Source: Octopus bimaculoides (Eukaryota). Taken from it: a stretch of 36,923 nucleotides of DNA. Of this stretch, positions 1-11,600 are shown piece by piece; position 1 is the stretch's first letter; the number at the start of each line of letters is the position of its first letter. Made by a program: the position numbers and the translations under genes. The stretch is taken from positions 21,145,051 through 21,181,973 of the forward strand of contig NC_068988.1 of NCBI RefSeq assembly GCF_001194135.2, in the 5' to 3' direction. The notes under the pieces were generated by a model. It was not told where the DNA came from and did not search any database. It saw nothing but the letters and a program-made list of their open reading frames with translations.

Positions 1-79
1 TTCACCAGTCCTCAGTCAAATCGTCCAACCCATGCTAGCATGGAAAGCGGACGTTAAACGATGATGATGATGATACCTA

Positions 80-240
80 TACACGACGGGCTTCTTTCAG
101 TTTCCGTCTACCAAATCCACTCACAAGGCTTTGGTTGGCCCGAGGCTATAGTAGAAGACACTTGCCCAAGGTGCCACACAGTGGGACTGAGCCATGTGAT
201 TTGTAAGCAAGCTACTTACCACACAGCCACTCCTATGCCT
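80..240 (-). mobile_element. tRNA-headed CORE-type SINE, head fragment
   Basis: Reverse complement of ggagtggctgtgtggtaag...ggcaccttgggcaagtgtcttctactatagcctcgg; same family as 26279-26692. Confidence 0.85.
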
Positions 241-542
241 ATATGCACAATAGTGAGAGAGATTGAATCAGACAGGAGGAGGGGAGGAAGTGAATGCCAG
301 TAGTTATAGAAGTTATACAAACGAGAAATTTTTAATTTAAGATATTTTTCTTTTGAAACTAAATATTTATTTTATTATAAGTACCAAGAAATTTAATGAA
401 AGTTAATTTGTAATTATTGTATGTATGACATAATTCTTGTTATTACTCTTTGTGGCAAAAGTATACTCCCAAAGCTACCTGACATATGATGAGTAATACT
501 CTAATTTCATGTAGAAATTACATTCACTTATCAATATTAGGA

Positions 543-760
543 TGGTGAGTTGGCAGAAACGTTAGTACGCTGGGTGAAATGCTTAATGGTATCTCGTCTG
601 TCTTTGTGTTCTGACTTCAAATTCCACCGCGATCAACTTTGCCTTTCATTCCTTTTAGAGTCGATAAATTAAATACCAGTTGTGTACTGGGGTCGATCTA
701 ATCAACTGGCCCCCTCCCACAAAATTTCAGTCCTTGTGCTTAGAGTAGAAAAGAATATTA
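543..760 (+). mobile_element. Second SINE family (ggtgagttggcagaaacgttag head; gcctttcatcc...gtcgataaatt central domain)
   Basis: Repeated at 19508-19742 and 19752-19950 on the - strand; B-box-like gttcaaattcc. Confidence 0.8.
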
Positions 761-894
761 AATGATGTGTGGAAAAAGGGAGTTTAGTCAAATTTATTAT
801 AATTGCTCTATAAAATACAATAGAAAAAAATAGCTATAGATCTTAAAATGGAACTAACTAGAAAACAATTAGGATGTTGCCTTTTTAATATCAC

Positions 895-1165
895 TTGGGC
901 ATCTTCTATAGTCTCAGACTGAACAAAGCCTTGTAAGTGAATTTGGTTGAAGGAAACTCCGTGTGTTTTGTGCCTCCACTGACAACTGTTGTTGGTTTGT
1001 TTACATCCCTGTAACTTAGCAGTTTAGCAAAAGAGATAGAATAAGTACCAGGTTTTAAGAAAAAAATGTACTGGGGTTGATTTGTTTGATTAAAATTCTT
1101 CAAGGCAATGCCCCAGCATGGCCGCAGTCCAATGACTGAAACAAGTAAAATAAAAGATAAAAATG
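895..1165 (+). mobile_element. Degenerate CORE-type SINE body and tail
   Basis: Ends in ccagcatggccgcagtccaatgactgaaacaagtaaaa, like 26279-26692. Confidence 0.75.
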
Positions 1166-1469
1166 CCATGTTGTTTACTTAAAACTCTTGTGTATTCTGA
1201 ATGATTTGGGATTAAATAACAATGTGAGAAAAAACAGTACTGAAACCAATAAAAATTAAAAGAATCTATGCAAAACTAACAAGCAACCTGGATTGGGATT
1301 GGCTTCCAAATATGAAAGACGTAAATAGCAACAACAATTAATGAGGTCGTGAAAAATAGTCCTGTTAGTACAGGTCTCTGTTTAATAATAGAACTCAGGG
1401 TCGCTCTTAGTGTAACTTAAGAACTGTCTGTCAGTTTCACTCAACACCTTTTATGTATATATCTTTTTC

Positions 1470-1790
1470 TTGTTTCAGTCATTGGACTGTGGCCACGCTG
1501 GAACACAGCCTCAAAAGATTTTTTTTTTTTTATTGGTCTAGTACTTATTCTATCAGTCTCTTATGCTGAACCACTTAGTTATGAAGGCACGAACCAACAC
1601 TGATCGTGAAGCAGTAGTGGCAGGGAGGCACACACATGCACATATATAACAGGCTTCCACATAGTTTCCATCTACCATATTCACTCACAAGGTATTGGTA
1701 AACTCAGATCTTTGTAGGAGCCACTTGCCCAAGGTGCTGCACAATGGAACTAAACCCAAAACCACATGGTCACAAAGCAAGTTTGGTCAC
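1470..1790 (-). mobile_element. Degenerate CORE-type SINE
   Basis: ttgtttcagtcattggactgtggcc... through cacttgcccaaggtgc. Confidence 0.75.
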
Positions 1791-2010
1791 ATGTCCAAGT
1801 TTGTGCCTGTATACAGAAAAGTTCCATTAATCTGGTATCCATAGTCCAGCAAACCTATTGTTCAGCACTTTTCATTGTGCTTCACTGTTTGTTCTTTATT
1901 AAATGCCGTCACTTGCAACCAACAATACTCTTTTTATTGTTTGCATTCAAGTTAAAAAGAAAAAAAACTGTGACTAATATGTCAGTGCTTTATAAATCTT
2001 TTCTTTGTAA

Positions 2011-2248
2011 AAGAGCACCAATCGATCGTGGCCGTTGCCAGCCTCCTCTGGCCCCTGTGCTGGTGGCACATAAAAAGCACCCACTACACTCACGGAGTGG
2101 TTGGCGTTAGGAAGGGCATCCTGCTGTAGAAACAGTGCCAGATCTGACTGGAGCCTGGTGCAGCCTCCTGGCTTCCCAGACTCCAGTCAAACCGTCCAAC
2201 CCATGCTAGCATGGAAAACAGACGTTAAACGATGATGATGATGATGAT
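2011..2248 (+). mobile_element. (GAT)n-tailed SINE family with ggttggcgttaggaagggcatcc central domain
   Basis: Conserved 3' end aacccatgctagcatggaaagcggacgttaaacgatgatgat. Other copies: 1-73(+), 2655-2830(-), 3280-3592(-), 4093-4367(+), 4841-5212(+), 5685-5835(+), 12372-12497(+), 13140-13353(+), 16198-16415(-), 19090-19142(-), 20682-21040(-), 21492-22022(-). Confidence 0.9.
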
Positions 2249-4840
2249 TGTCTATCCTTTAGTGAAAATATCTTCAAATATGAGTATATTCGCTTTCCTT
2301 TCAAGCAGTTGAGAAATGTATGAAAAGAAAGTATGCAAGAAGGCATGGTTTTAGGTTCAATCTCACTGCATGGTACCTTGAGCGAGTATCTTCATCTGTA
2401 GCCCCAAGTCGATAAGTGCTGGGGGGTGATTTGTTTAACTGAACTATTTGAAGACGTACCCCAGCATGACCACAGTCCATCCAGAAATGGAAATGTGATG
2501 ATCGAAAGAGTGGAATCCTCAAGACTATTGTGCATGAATCTAACAGGTTTTTCAACAATATATGCCTTTAGCAGTTAAACCGGCCATGTCTGGTCTAAAT
2601 AGTCTACCTGTTTTAAGTTTAAACTGACCAACACTGATTGGTCAGCCCTACAATCATCATCATTTAACAGTATGGGTTGGATGGTTTGACAAGAGCTTGC
2701 TAGCCAGAAGACTGCACCAAACTTCAGTGTCTGTTTTGGCATGGTTTTTATGGCTGGATGCCCTTCCTAACACCAGCCAGCCTGCCCACACACAGAGTGG
2801 ACAGTGCTTTTTACATTGCACCAGCACATATGGGGTCAGTTTTGGCATATACAATCATATCGTAGAAATTTTGAAGCTACAAGATTATGCCTGATTAATT
2901 CAAAACAATGTGAATAAATAAGCTATAAATTGAAGAAAGAAATCTGAATGCTAAAGAATTAAGAAACGATAAAACAATTAATGCAATTTACAGCTGATTT
3001 ATTGACAATCTTTAAAAAGGAAATTCAAAACTTGCTCTGTTAAATGCCATGTTATGTAAATAGTTTGCTGCATAACAATCCAAGGTCCAATATAAATTGG
3101 AAACAATAAGCAATTACTCAAGGATCTGGGAATCTTTTCCATGAAAATCATATATAGCTATGTCTAAAGGCACATATGGCTATGTGCTTAAGCTTTCTTT
3201 GTGACCATGTGGTTTTGGGTTTAGTTCTACTGTTCAACACCTTGGGCAAGTAGCTTCTACAAAGTCTTGGGCTGACCACCATCATCATCATCGTTTAACG
3301 TCCGCTTTCCATGCTAGCATGGGTTGGACGATTTGACTGAAGACTGGTGAAACCAGATGGCTACACCAGACTCCAATCTAAGTTGGCAGAGTTTCTACAG
3401 CTGGATGCCCTTCCTAACGCCAATCATTCAGAGTGTAGTGGGTGCTTTTACGTGTCACCCGCACGAAGGCCAGTCAGGCGGTACTGGTAACGGCCACGCT
3501 CNNNNNNNNNNAACGGCCACGCTCAAAATGGTGTATTTTATGTGCCATCCGCACAAGAGCCAGTCTAGCGGCACTGGCAACGATCTCGCTCAAACGCTGA
3601 ATTTGGTTGATGGAAACTGGAAGCAGGTTAGAACTGGCAACAGGAAGGGTATTTGATCATAGAAAATCTGCTTCAACAAATTCAGTCTGACTCATGGAAA
3701 ATTGGGCGTTATGTGATGTTGTTTTCATCCTGGTCTGTTCTGATGGATTAGATCTATGATCAAAAGGCATTCTAACCATGACCATTCTGCATTGAATCTC
3801 CATTTTTAGAAATTAGGACCATAAGGAACTTTTGGCAGCTTGGAATGAGGATCAAGCCCACCAGTTTCAGTGTTACTTAACAAGTCATCAACATCTCACA
3901 TGTTTCTCCCAAACTATTGATGGCTTCTTCAATAAATGTAAACAAAATATAGGCATGAGCATGGCTGTGAGGTAAGAAGTTTCAGATTCAGTCTCTGAGT
4001 GGCACCTTTGGCATGTGTCTTCTATAACCCCAGGCTAACCAAAGCCTTGTCAGTAGATGAGAACTGAAAAAACCCATTTTATATCATCCAAATGTGGTCG
4101 ATGCCAGCCCCCTTGTCCCGACTGGCTCCTGTGCCGGTGGCACATGAAAAGCACTGTCCGAACGTGGCGGATACCAGTGCCAGTGGAACATAAAAAGCAC
4201 CCGGTACACTCGGAGTGGTTGGCGTTAGGAAGGGCCTCCAGCTGTAGCAAAACACTGCCAGATCATATTGGAGCCTGGTTCAGCCTCCAGGCTTCCCAGA
4301 CCCTCAGTCGAACCATCCAACCATCCAACCCATGCCAGCATGGAAAACGGACGTTAAACTATGAGGATTTTATATATGTATATATATGCACACACACACA
4401 CATTCATGTGTGTGTTACTGTCTTCTTGCCTAGACTTCACATGATAGTTGTAAACGAGTGTTTCCATCATGCATGCAGTGTCCTGTTTCCAATTTTTCAT
4501 GAAAACATGTCTGGTCTTGGAGAAATAATATCTTCGCGACAGGTGAGTGTTGGCGGCAGGAAGGGCATCTGACCATAGAAAAATCTGCCTTCACAAATTA
4601 AGTGCAAACATGGAAAAGTGGACATTAAAACAATGATAATTAAAAAAATTCATGACTGGCACAATTCATAGGATACCAATGTTGTGTAGGTTATTGTTAA
4701 TATATAGAAACAAGACTATATTTTACTGTGAAGTTAGGTGTTAGGACTTTTTATGTAATTGATATATTTGTGAGAAATAGCAGTCAAATCTCTTTCCGTT
4801 TGTATCTACCACCTTAAAATGGATACATTGGTTAGAGTGA

Positions 4841-5212
4841 AAAGTACCATGTGAGCGTGATCGTTACCAGTGTTGCCTTACTGGCACTTGTGCCGGTGGT
4901 ACGTGGAAAACAACATTCGAGCGAGGGTGATGCCAGTACCGCTGGACTGGCTCCTGTGAAGGTGACACGTAAAAACACCATGTGAGCGTGGCCTTTGCCA
5001 GTACTGCTTGACTGGCCCTCGTGCCGGTGGCATGTAAAAGCACCCTCTACACTCTGGGAGTGGTTGACTTTAGGAAGGGCATCCAGCTGTAGAAACTTTA
5101 CCAGATCAGATTGGAGCCTGGTGCAGCCATCTGGCTCACCAGTCCCCAGTCAAACCATCCAACCCATGCCAGCATGGAAAGCGGACGTTAAACGATGATT
5201 ATGATGAAGATG
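4841..5212 (+). mobile_element. (GAT)n-tailed SINE copy with three tandem ~60-nt internal modules
   Basis: Three repeats of ...ccagt(N8)actgg...gtgccggtggca.gtaaaa.cacc upstream of the aggaagggcatcc domain. Confidence 0.85.
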
Positions 5213-5505
5213 CTTGAAAAGAATATGGGTGTAGCTTGAATGAATTTGACTACTTATTTCCCTTCTTACTTAGGGTTTACCTGGGGTTAAATACCAATAT
5301 CAATAATCTTATTGTAGTAGCAGTACTTTGGTGTTCTCTGTTCTACTAATTCTATTAATAATTATTTGCTAGCATACATTCGGTTATCGGTGAAAGAGTT
5401 AGTGTACATTTCTATAATTAGTGCTATTACTATGATACATATCTTTGCTGTTTTACTTTCTTAGCATGTAATTTGTGTAATTAATCTTTTATTTATTTAT
5501 TGCAG

Positions 5506-5608
5506 GTTGATGAAGATTATATTCAAGACAAATTCAACTTAACAGGTCTCAATGAACAAGTCCCTCATTATAGACAGGCTCTGGATATGATATTAGACCT
5601 CGAGCCAG
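5506..5608 (+). CDS. CSNK2B: CK2-beta coding exon (equivalent to human exon 3), 103 nt, phase 0 to phase 1
   Basis: ttattgcag|GTTGATGAA...GAGCCAG|gtactc; encodes [34 protein letters not shown], including the destruction-box-like RQALDMILD. Confidence 0.97.
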
Positions 5609-8600
5609 GTACTCAATCTATTGGCTTTTGTCTTGGTTCTTAATTTAAAAAATTTTTTTTTCCATGAGACACATCCATTATACTCTTGGAATGGTTGGTG
5701 TTAGGAAGGGCATCCAACCAGAGAAACCATGCCAAACCAAACTGGAACTTAGTGCAGCTCTCTGGCTTACCAGTTTCAGTCGAACTGTCCAACCCATGCC
5801 AGCATGGAAGCAGACACTAAATGATGATGATGACTATGACCAAATGATCAAGCTATTCAATTAGGTGCACTTGGGGATGTGAATGACTTTGTGGTTAAGA
5901 AGTTCCCAGTTCAATCCCTCTGCACAGTACATTGGACAAGTGGCTTTTTCTATAGCCTTGAGTTGTTCCAAGCCTTGTCAGTGAAATTCAATAGAACTAA
6001 TTCATCTCCCTGTTTCACCCTCTATTACCTTTTCATCTACTATGTTGTAAACATTCAGTTAAGGTCTCCAATCTGAAGATAACACATGGGTACCTCCTTT
6101 GCCAGTTTTGGAAACCCTGCAAAAATTTCATGAGTGCTACCTTGCTATGCTTTAAACTTTTAAAATGTTACTTATTTTTGTTGTGTTTTGTATCAAAACC
6201 CTTCTACTTTATTGTGACACAGTTAAGCTTACAGCTGAGGATAAGTATCAGATCATTCTGATCAAAGTTTGATCTGAACTCTTTGACTACAGACTCTGTA
6301 TGTGGTGACTAGTATATACAACAGCTTGTTAAAGATTCAGCTCATTGCATTAAGACCATTCAATATCATGGAATACTTTTGACCATGAGACATTGTAAAG
6401 AAACAGATATTATAACTGGAGATGAAAATTCATCTGGTTGTTCAGTTTGAACTTTGAGCAAGAATAATGAGGTTTCTCTAAATCAGAGAAATTAGAAATT
6501 AGTTGCTAATTAGATTAAAAATATTAAAAGCATCAGCTGCAATAGAGATGCAATTTTCAATATCGTTTTAACCTCCACTTTTCTATACTTGCATGGGGCA
6601 GATGTAACTTGTTTGAGGTAGATTTTCTGTGGCCAAATGCTCTTCCTGTTACCAACACTCTTCTGTTTTCGAGGAAAGTAACATTTTTCCCATCTTGCTT
6701 TCAACATTGAACAACTCTATGGCTTGGCATGTTTACTTGGATATATTGTAAACAAATGATGCCTTTTTTTTCAATTAGTGTATACCTGTTAAGACAAGGG
6801 GGAGACACTCATAAGTACAGATGTATATGGAATGGGCTTCTCACTGTTTCCATCTACCAACTTCACTCACAATGCTTGATTAACCCATGTCTGTAGAAAA
6901 CACTGACAGTACCCACACAGTGGGAATGAACAGTTAAATGTATTTTGCTTCTTAACCATATAGCCATGCCAGCATTTATTCCTGTTGTATAAAAATATAT
7001 CATTACAGTTGACTGGTTATTAGTAAAACCAGTAGCTTTTGGTGAGATCAAAACAGTTCCTTGCTAGTATTAATCTAATAAATTTGATGTCTCTGTAAAT
7101 GTCAATCATTAAATATTTGTGTTTAGGAGATCATTTTACAGTGGTTTGCAGATTGTATTATTTTGTTGTGATGGCTTTCTTGTGACATCAGTCAGCATTT
7201 CTCTCACAGATAAACTGTTGTAATATTTGCACTTTTTAGCTTGCATAAGAAATTAGCAGAGATTGTTGCATTCCTAATTCACTTCAGCACAGCAGATCTT
7301 GGATGTGATAATGCACAAAGCTTTTACATTAGTTTCAAATGCAGTCCATTTTCATGAGAAACATGTCGCTTTGCATTCGGAAAGAACATGAAAATATAGT
7401 TGAGACGTTTTGAATATATTTCCAAGTGTTTGTGAAGTTATAGTATAGAAGGGAGGTAACTTTTTTTCAGTGTCGCTGTATGCATATATGGGTGGACAAA
7501 CGTGCTTTGTCCATAGTTTAGAATTTGTTTGCACCTCCAAACAGTCATCCTAATGTTAGAAAGGACCAAGAGTCCTGTTCATAGCATCAGAACTTGCTTC
7601 CTTGTTTTAGAAAAAAAAGACATTCAGGGAAAAGTAAAAGAGAGAATAGAGTAGTTGCTGTTTAACTCCATATCAACCTTCATGCAGCGGAATGGACATA
7701 AATTTCAATGTTATGTAAACACTCGAAAGAAATATGAAGATAAGGTAGAAGTATATCAGATAAACTAGATTACCTAAGTACAGATAGGCTATATATAGTC
7801 AAAAAAAAAAGAAAAAGAAGGTAGCTGCTTTAGATTCTATATCATATGGCTACCTTCACAAATTTAGACAGTGTATACTCCTTCACTAACACAAATGTAC
7901 TAACTGAAAGACATAGGTAAGTTTTCTATGACTGTCATGTTCTTAATTGCAAAGCAAATGAAAATGTGAAAGTTTTCAGAACTAATTTTTACTGAAATTG
8001 TATTGTGATTGTATATGTTCTAATTTAAGTGTGACTGCTGGCTGTTAATAGCTTGTGTAAACTCTATTATCACATTGTATCTGTCCAAGCTTCTTCACTG
8101 TGAAGATCTGTTTTCTTGTGTTAGACGATGATGGGGATGACTGCGTTAATAAAGACCAGCTGGAGCAGGCTGCTGACATGCTTTATGGACTGATTCATGC
8201 TAGATATATCCTAACAAATGCTGGTCTCAGTACTATGGTAAGAATTTGTCTGCTTCCTGCCATGACCCTGTCTGATGGAATGTTCATTTTGTTTTCAAAA
8301 GAAATTTGTTGTTCTTGTCTCACACCTTGCATATGACATTCTCAATTTGAACTGCCTTCAAGTGTGTTTGTTTTTCTGTCTGACTTTAATATTTGTTTCA
8401 TGAAAAGAGAGGGGGGGAAATCTGAAGATAATATTTTAGGACGGCTAAATTTTACTGCTGTCTTTAGGCTGAAATAGAATATATTTTAGTGTTTCATATT
8501 TATATAATTTATTGCATTGCATCTGAAATGAAGGGTTTGCCTCTAGCTTATGATGAGTTAGAACCATCAATCAAGATCTATGAAATTGATGCAGGTGATA

Positions 8601-11600
8601 CGGTGCTTCAGCAGTTAGCAGTTAGGATATTGTGGAATTATGTAGCAGATGAATACATATTCTAAGGAAGTGGCATTTTCTATGACACGCATATTTTCCT
8701 TAGCAAAAGGATTCTAATAGTCTGAGAAAATTGAAGATGTTTGATTAACTAACCAATTGCAAGATCTTAAAGCCATTTGAATTTTAAATACTTGCTTCCC
8801 AACCACATGCTTATGAATTCAGTCCCATTGCATGGCACCTTGGGCAAGTGTTCTGGGCCAACCAAAGCCTTATCAGTGGATTTGGTAGATGGAAACTGAA
8901 GGGAACCCATTGTATATATATGTATATGCGTTGTTGTATGTAGGTGTTGAAGATGCAACAACTGAAGATTTTTCGATCTTGATAACATAGGGAACTTACG
9001 TACTGTAGAAGAAAGCAAATGAAGACCAGAAGTACAGGACCGCAGTAAATGATTGATTAGAAATGTGATTACATGTGCCCTTGCCTTGACATTGTGTGGT
9101 AGTTGTAGATGAATGTCACTGTCATTGCAAGCAGTGTCATTCTCTAAAAACATGTCTTGCTTGGAAATGGGTGAGAATTAGTGGCCAACAGACCATCTTG
9201 CTGTAGAACACCTGCTTCAATAAACTCCATGCATGCATGGAAAAGAGAGGGGGTGGAGTTAAAATGATTATGATGATGTAAATTTAGTAACTAGGTATAA
9301 GAAGTATGGATAATACATTAACTAACTTATAACTGATCAACTGATTAGACAATTACTTAGTCCTGAGAATCTTGAATGTCATATGCTGCAATTCAATATA
9401 TTTTATTGCCATTAGAGGCATGGCTTTTTTTATATAGAGAATTTAGATATGATTAAAGGAGTTGTGCATTTTCTCCTCCCGCAATTTCTGGTTATAATTT
9501 TTGTAGTGGTGTTTTGTTTTTTTTTTGTTTTTTTTTAAATATGAATTTTGCAAGTTTGCATCCGTTTCCAAAATTCTTTTTTCTTTTTTTGCTGTTTTAT
9601 TTTTATTACACATACACAGAGACACACACACACACACACACACAGTAATTCCTTTCTGCAGGGTTTGTTGATCGGAACTGGTTGGGCGAGAGTTGATGGC
9701 TGTAAATGATTTATCTTTATACAGATGATGAACTTGAAGATAATCCAAACCAAAGTGATTTGATTGAGCAAGCTGCTGAGATGCTGTATGGTTTGATCCA
9801 TGCACGCTACATAATGACAAATAGGGGCATAGCTCAAATGGTAAGCTTAGCCGTTAACCAGCTTTTTTATTTTCTATTGCTGTTCTATTTAAAATACATT
9901 TTCAGATTTAGCTTAAGGCTTCCCCCTAGTGTGTAGCGTCGTATTCACACATTTAATTCTCTTTAGGATCGTTTAAAGACGGTTGGGAATGGAATGTTAA
10001 TATTAACAGTTTCTTTAACCCATTAGCATTTAAACCAGCTATGTCTGGCTTAAATATTCTACCTGTTTTATGTTCAGACCAAACAGATCCAGCCTCTCAC
10101 ATCTACCTGACGATGTTGTTCTGAAACTAAATAATCATATCATCGAAATCTGAGCTATGAGATAATGCATGATTAATTCAAAACAATGTCATTGGATAAG
10201 TGTTACATTTGACAGAGTAATCTGAATGCTGATGGGTTAAAATTATCATCTCCTGTTGTTTGAATATGAATTTTTATCAGAATTAATTATGGGTTTAAAT
10301 TTTGAAGATATTCTGTCTCAAACAACCTAGTTATCTTTTCATCAGTTAGTAAAACTTCATCTAGCAATGGGAGTAAATATCTAAGCGTACAGCTGCATCC
10401 ATTCTAGTATGATCAGGTATTTGTAATGGGTTTGTTAGCTTGGTTTGGCTACATGATTGCTGTATTTTATTTCTGCTTACTAAACCATCATTTTAACCTT
10501 TTTTAAGTTCTGTGGTTTATTCCTGTTTTCTTACACCCAATAAATCCCAACTACGGTACTAACTGTCTCCACTCTTATATCTTAATTAAATCTTTAGTTC
10601 ATTTAGGGCATGCCAAAAATTAGCAAAATACTTCTTACTGCTTCAATTTTTGTGAATATTTGAAAAAAACTATTTTATCAAATGTTAATAAATGCTGTTG
10701 GAAATGTCTTTGTAAATATCTTAAGCAAAAATTGACAATAGAATTGTAAAAATGCATTTATAGAATGGACCTGTTTCAACAGAGGGTTTCCTATAATGAT
10801 TATTTGATTTGCTGCATATAGCAGCCAAATTTCTCTAACATTACACCTTACAGTCTTGGAAAAGAAAAGAACACATTGGATAATGAAGTCCTACATATCC
10901 TTAAACCATTGGTATGATCATGGTTGAATGCCTTTCACTATAGGTCTACTTGATCAAAGCACAGGCCAAATGGATAAAAAGTTCACATCGCCTTCCATAT
11001 TAATTTTCTACAAGGCATGCTAGGCAAGTTGTTTTCTATGATAGCTGTGAGTCACTTTAGACCTTAAGTGAGTTGAAGTAGTCAAATGACTGAAACTAGT
11101 AAAAGTATATTACTTTCTTATGGTAAACATTATCCAAAATGTACTTTAGACGTATTGATATTACTGTTGATTTAGCCCTTAGAGAAATCTCTTCTTAATC
11201 TTACATGCTAGCAAGATCCTGGGCCAACTCTTGCTGCATCAGCTCATAGGAAATGTGTAGGTATGTGAGGAATGATTAATAATTTCTCATGCTAAAGTCT
11301 CTGGAAAATTTGGTTTCCAAGCATGAAGCGAAGTGCATTTTAATCCAGTGTGAATCAAAAGCAATTGTTCAGTTTATTTCTATTATCATCAATAACATGC
11401 CTTTAAAATGAGTCTTGCAGGATTTAGTTCCATCCTTATACAATCTTGCTGTTGTTGATTTAAACATGCACCTGTTAACTACTGGGGTTGATTTGACTGT
11501 ACTCTTTCCCCTCAATTTGTAGCTATGCAACTATAATTAGTGTGATATAAACATTTATTCTAAATATAGGATAATGGTTACTACACACTTGTAAATAGAT

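Noticed and set aside
4721-4732. TTTTACTGTGAA (FYCE) resembling the FFCE end of the missing first coding exon
   Set aside because: Upstream frame reads RNKTI, not WFCGLRGNE, and there is no proper donor; chance match. The first coding exon is probably upstream of the window.
8528-8620. Frame MKGLPLAY...DAGDTVL resembles argininosuccinate lyase (KGLPLAY...DA.DT.L)
   Set aside because: The highly conserved NKD(M/L)QEDKE core is absent and there is no flanking homology; most likely coincidence. A BLASTx would settle it.
8796-9989. ttcccaacc(a) at 8796-8805 complementary to tggttggg (9679-9686) and ggttgggaa (9981-9989), like docking/selector sites
   Set aside because: Only 8-9 bp and the site lies in a SINE head; expected by chance over kilobases without conservation data
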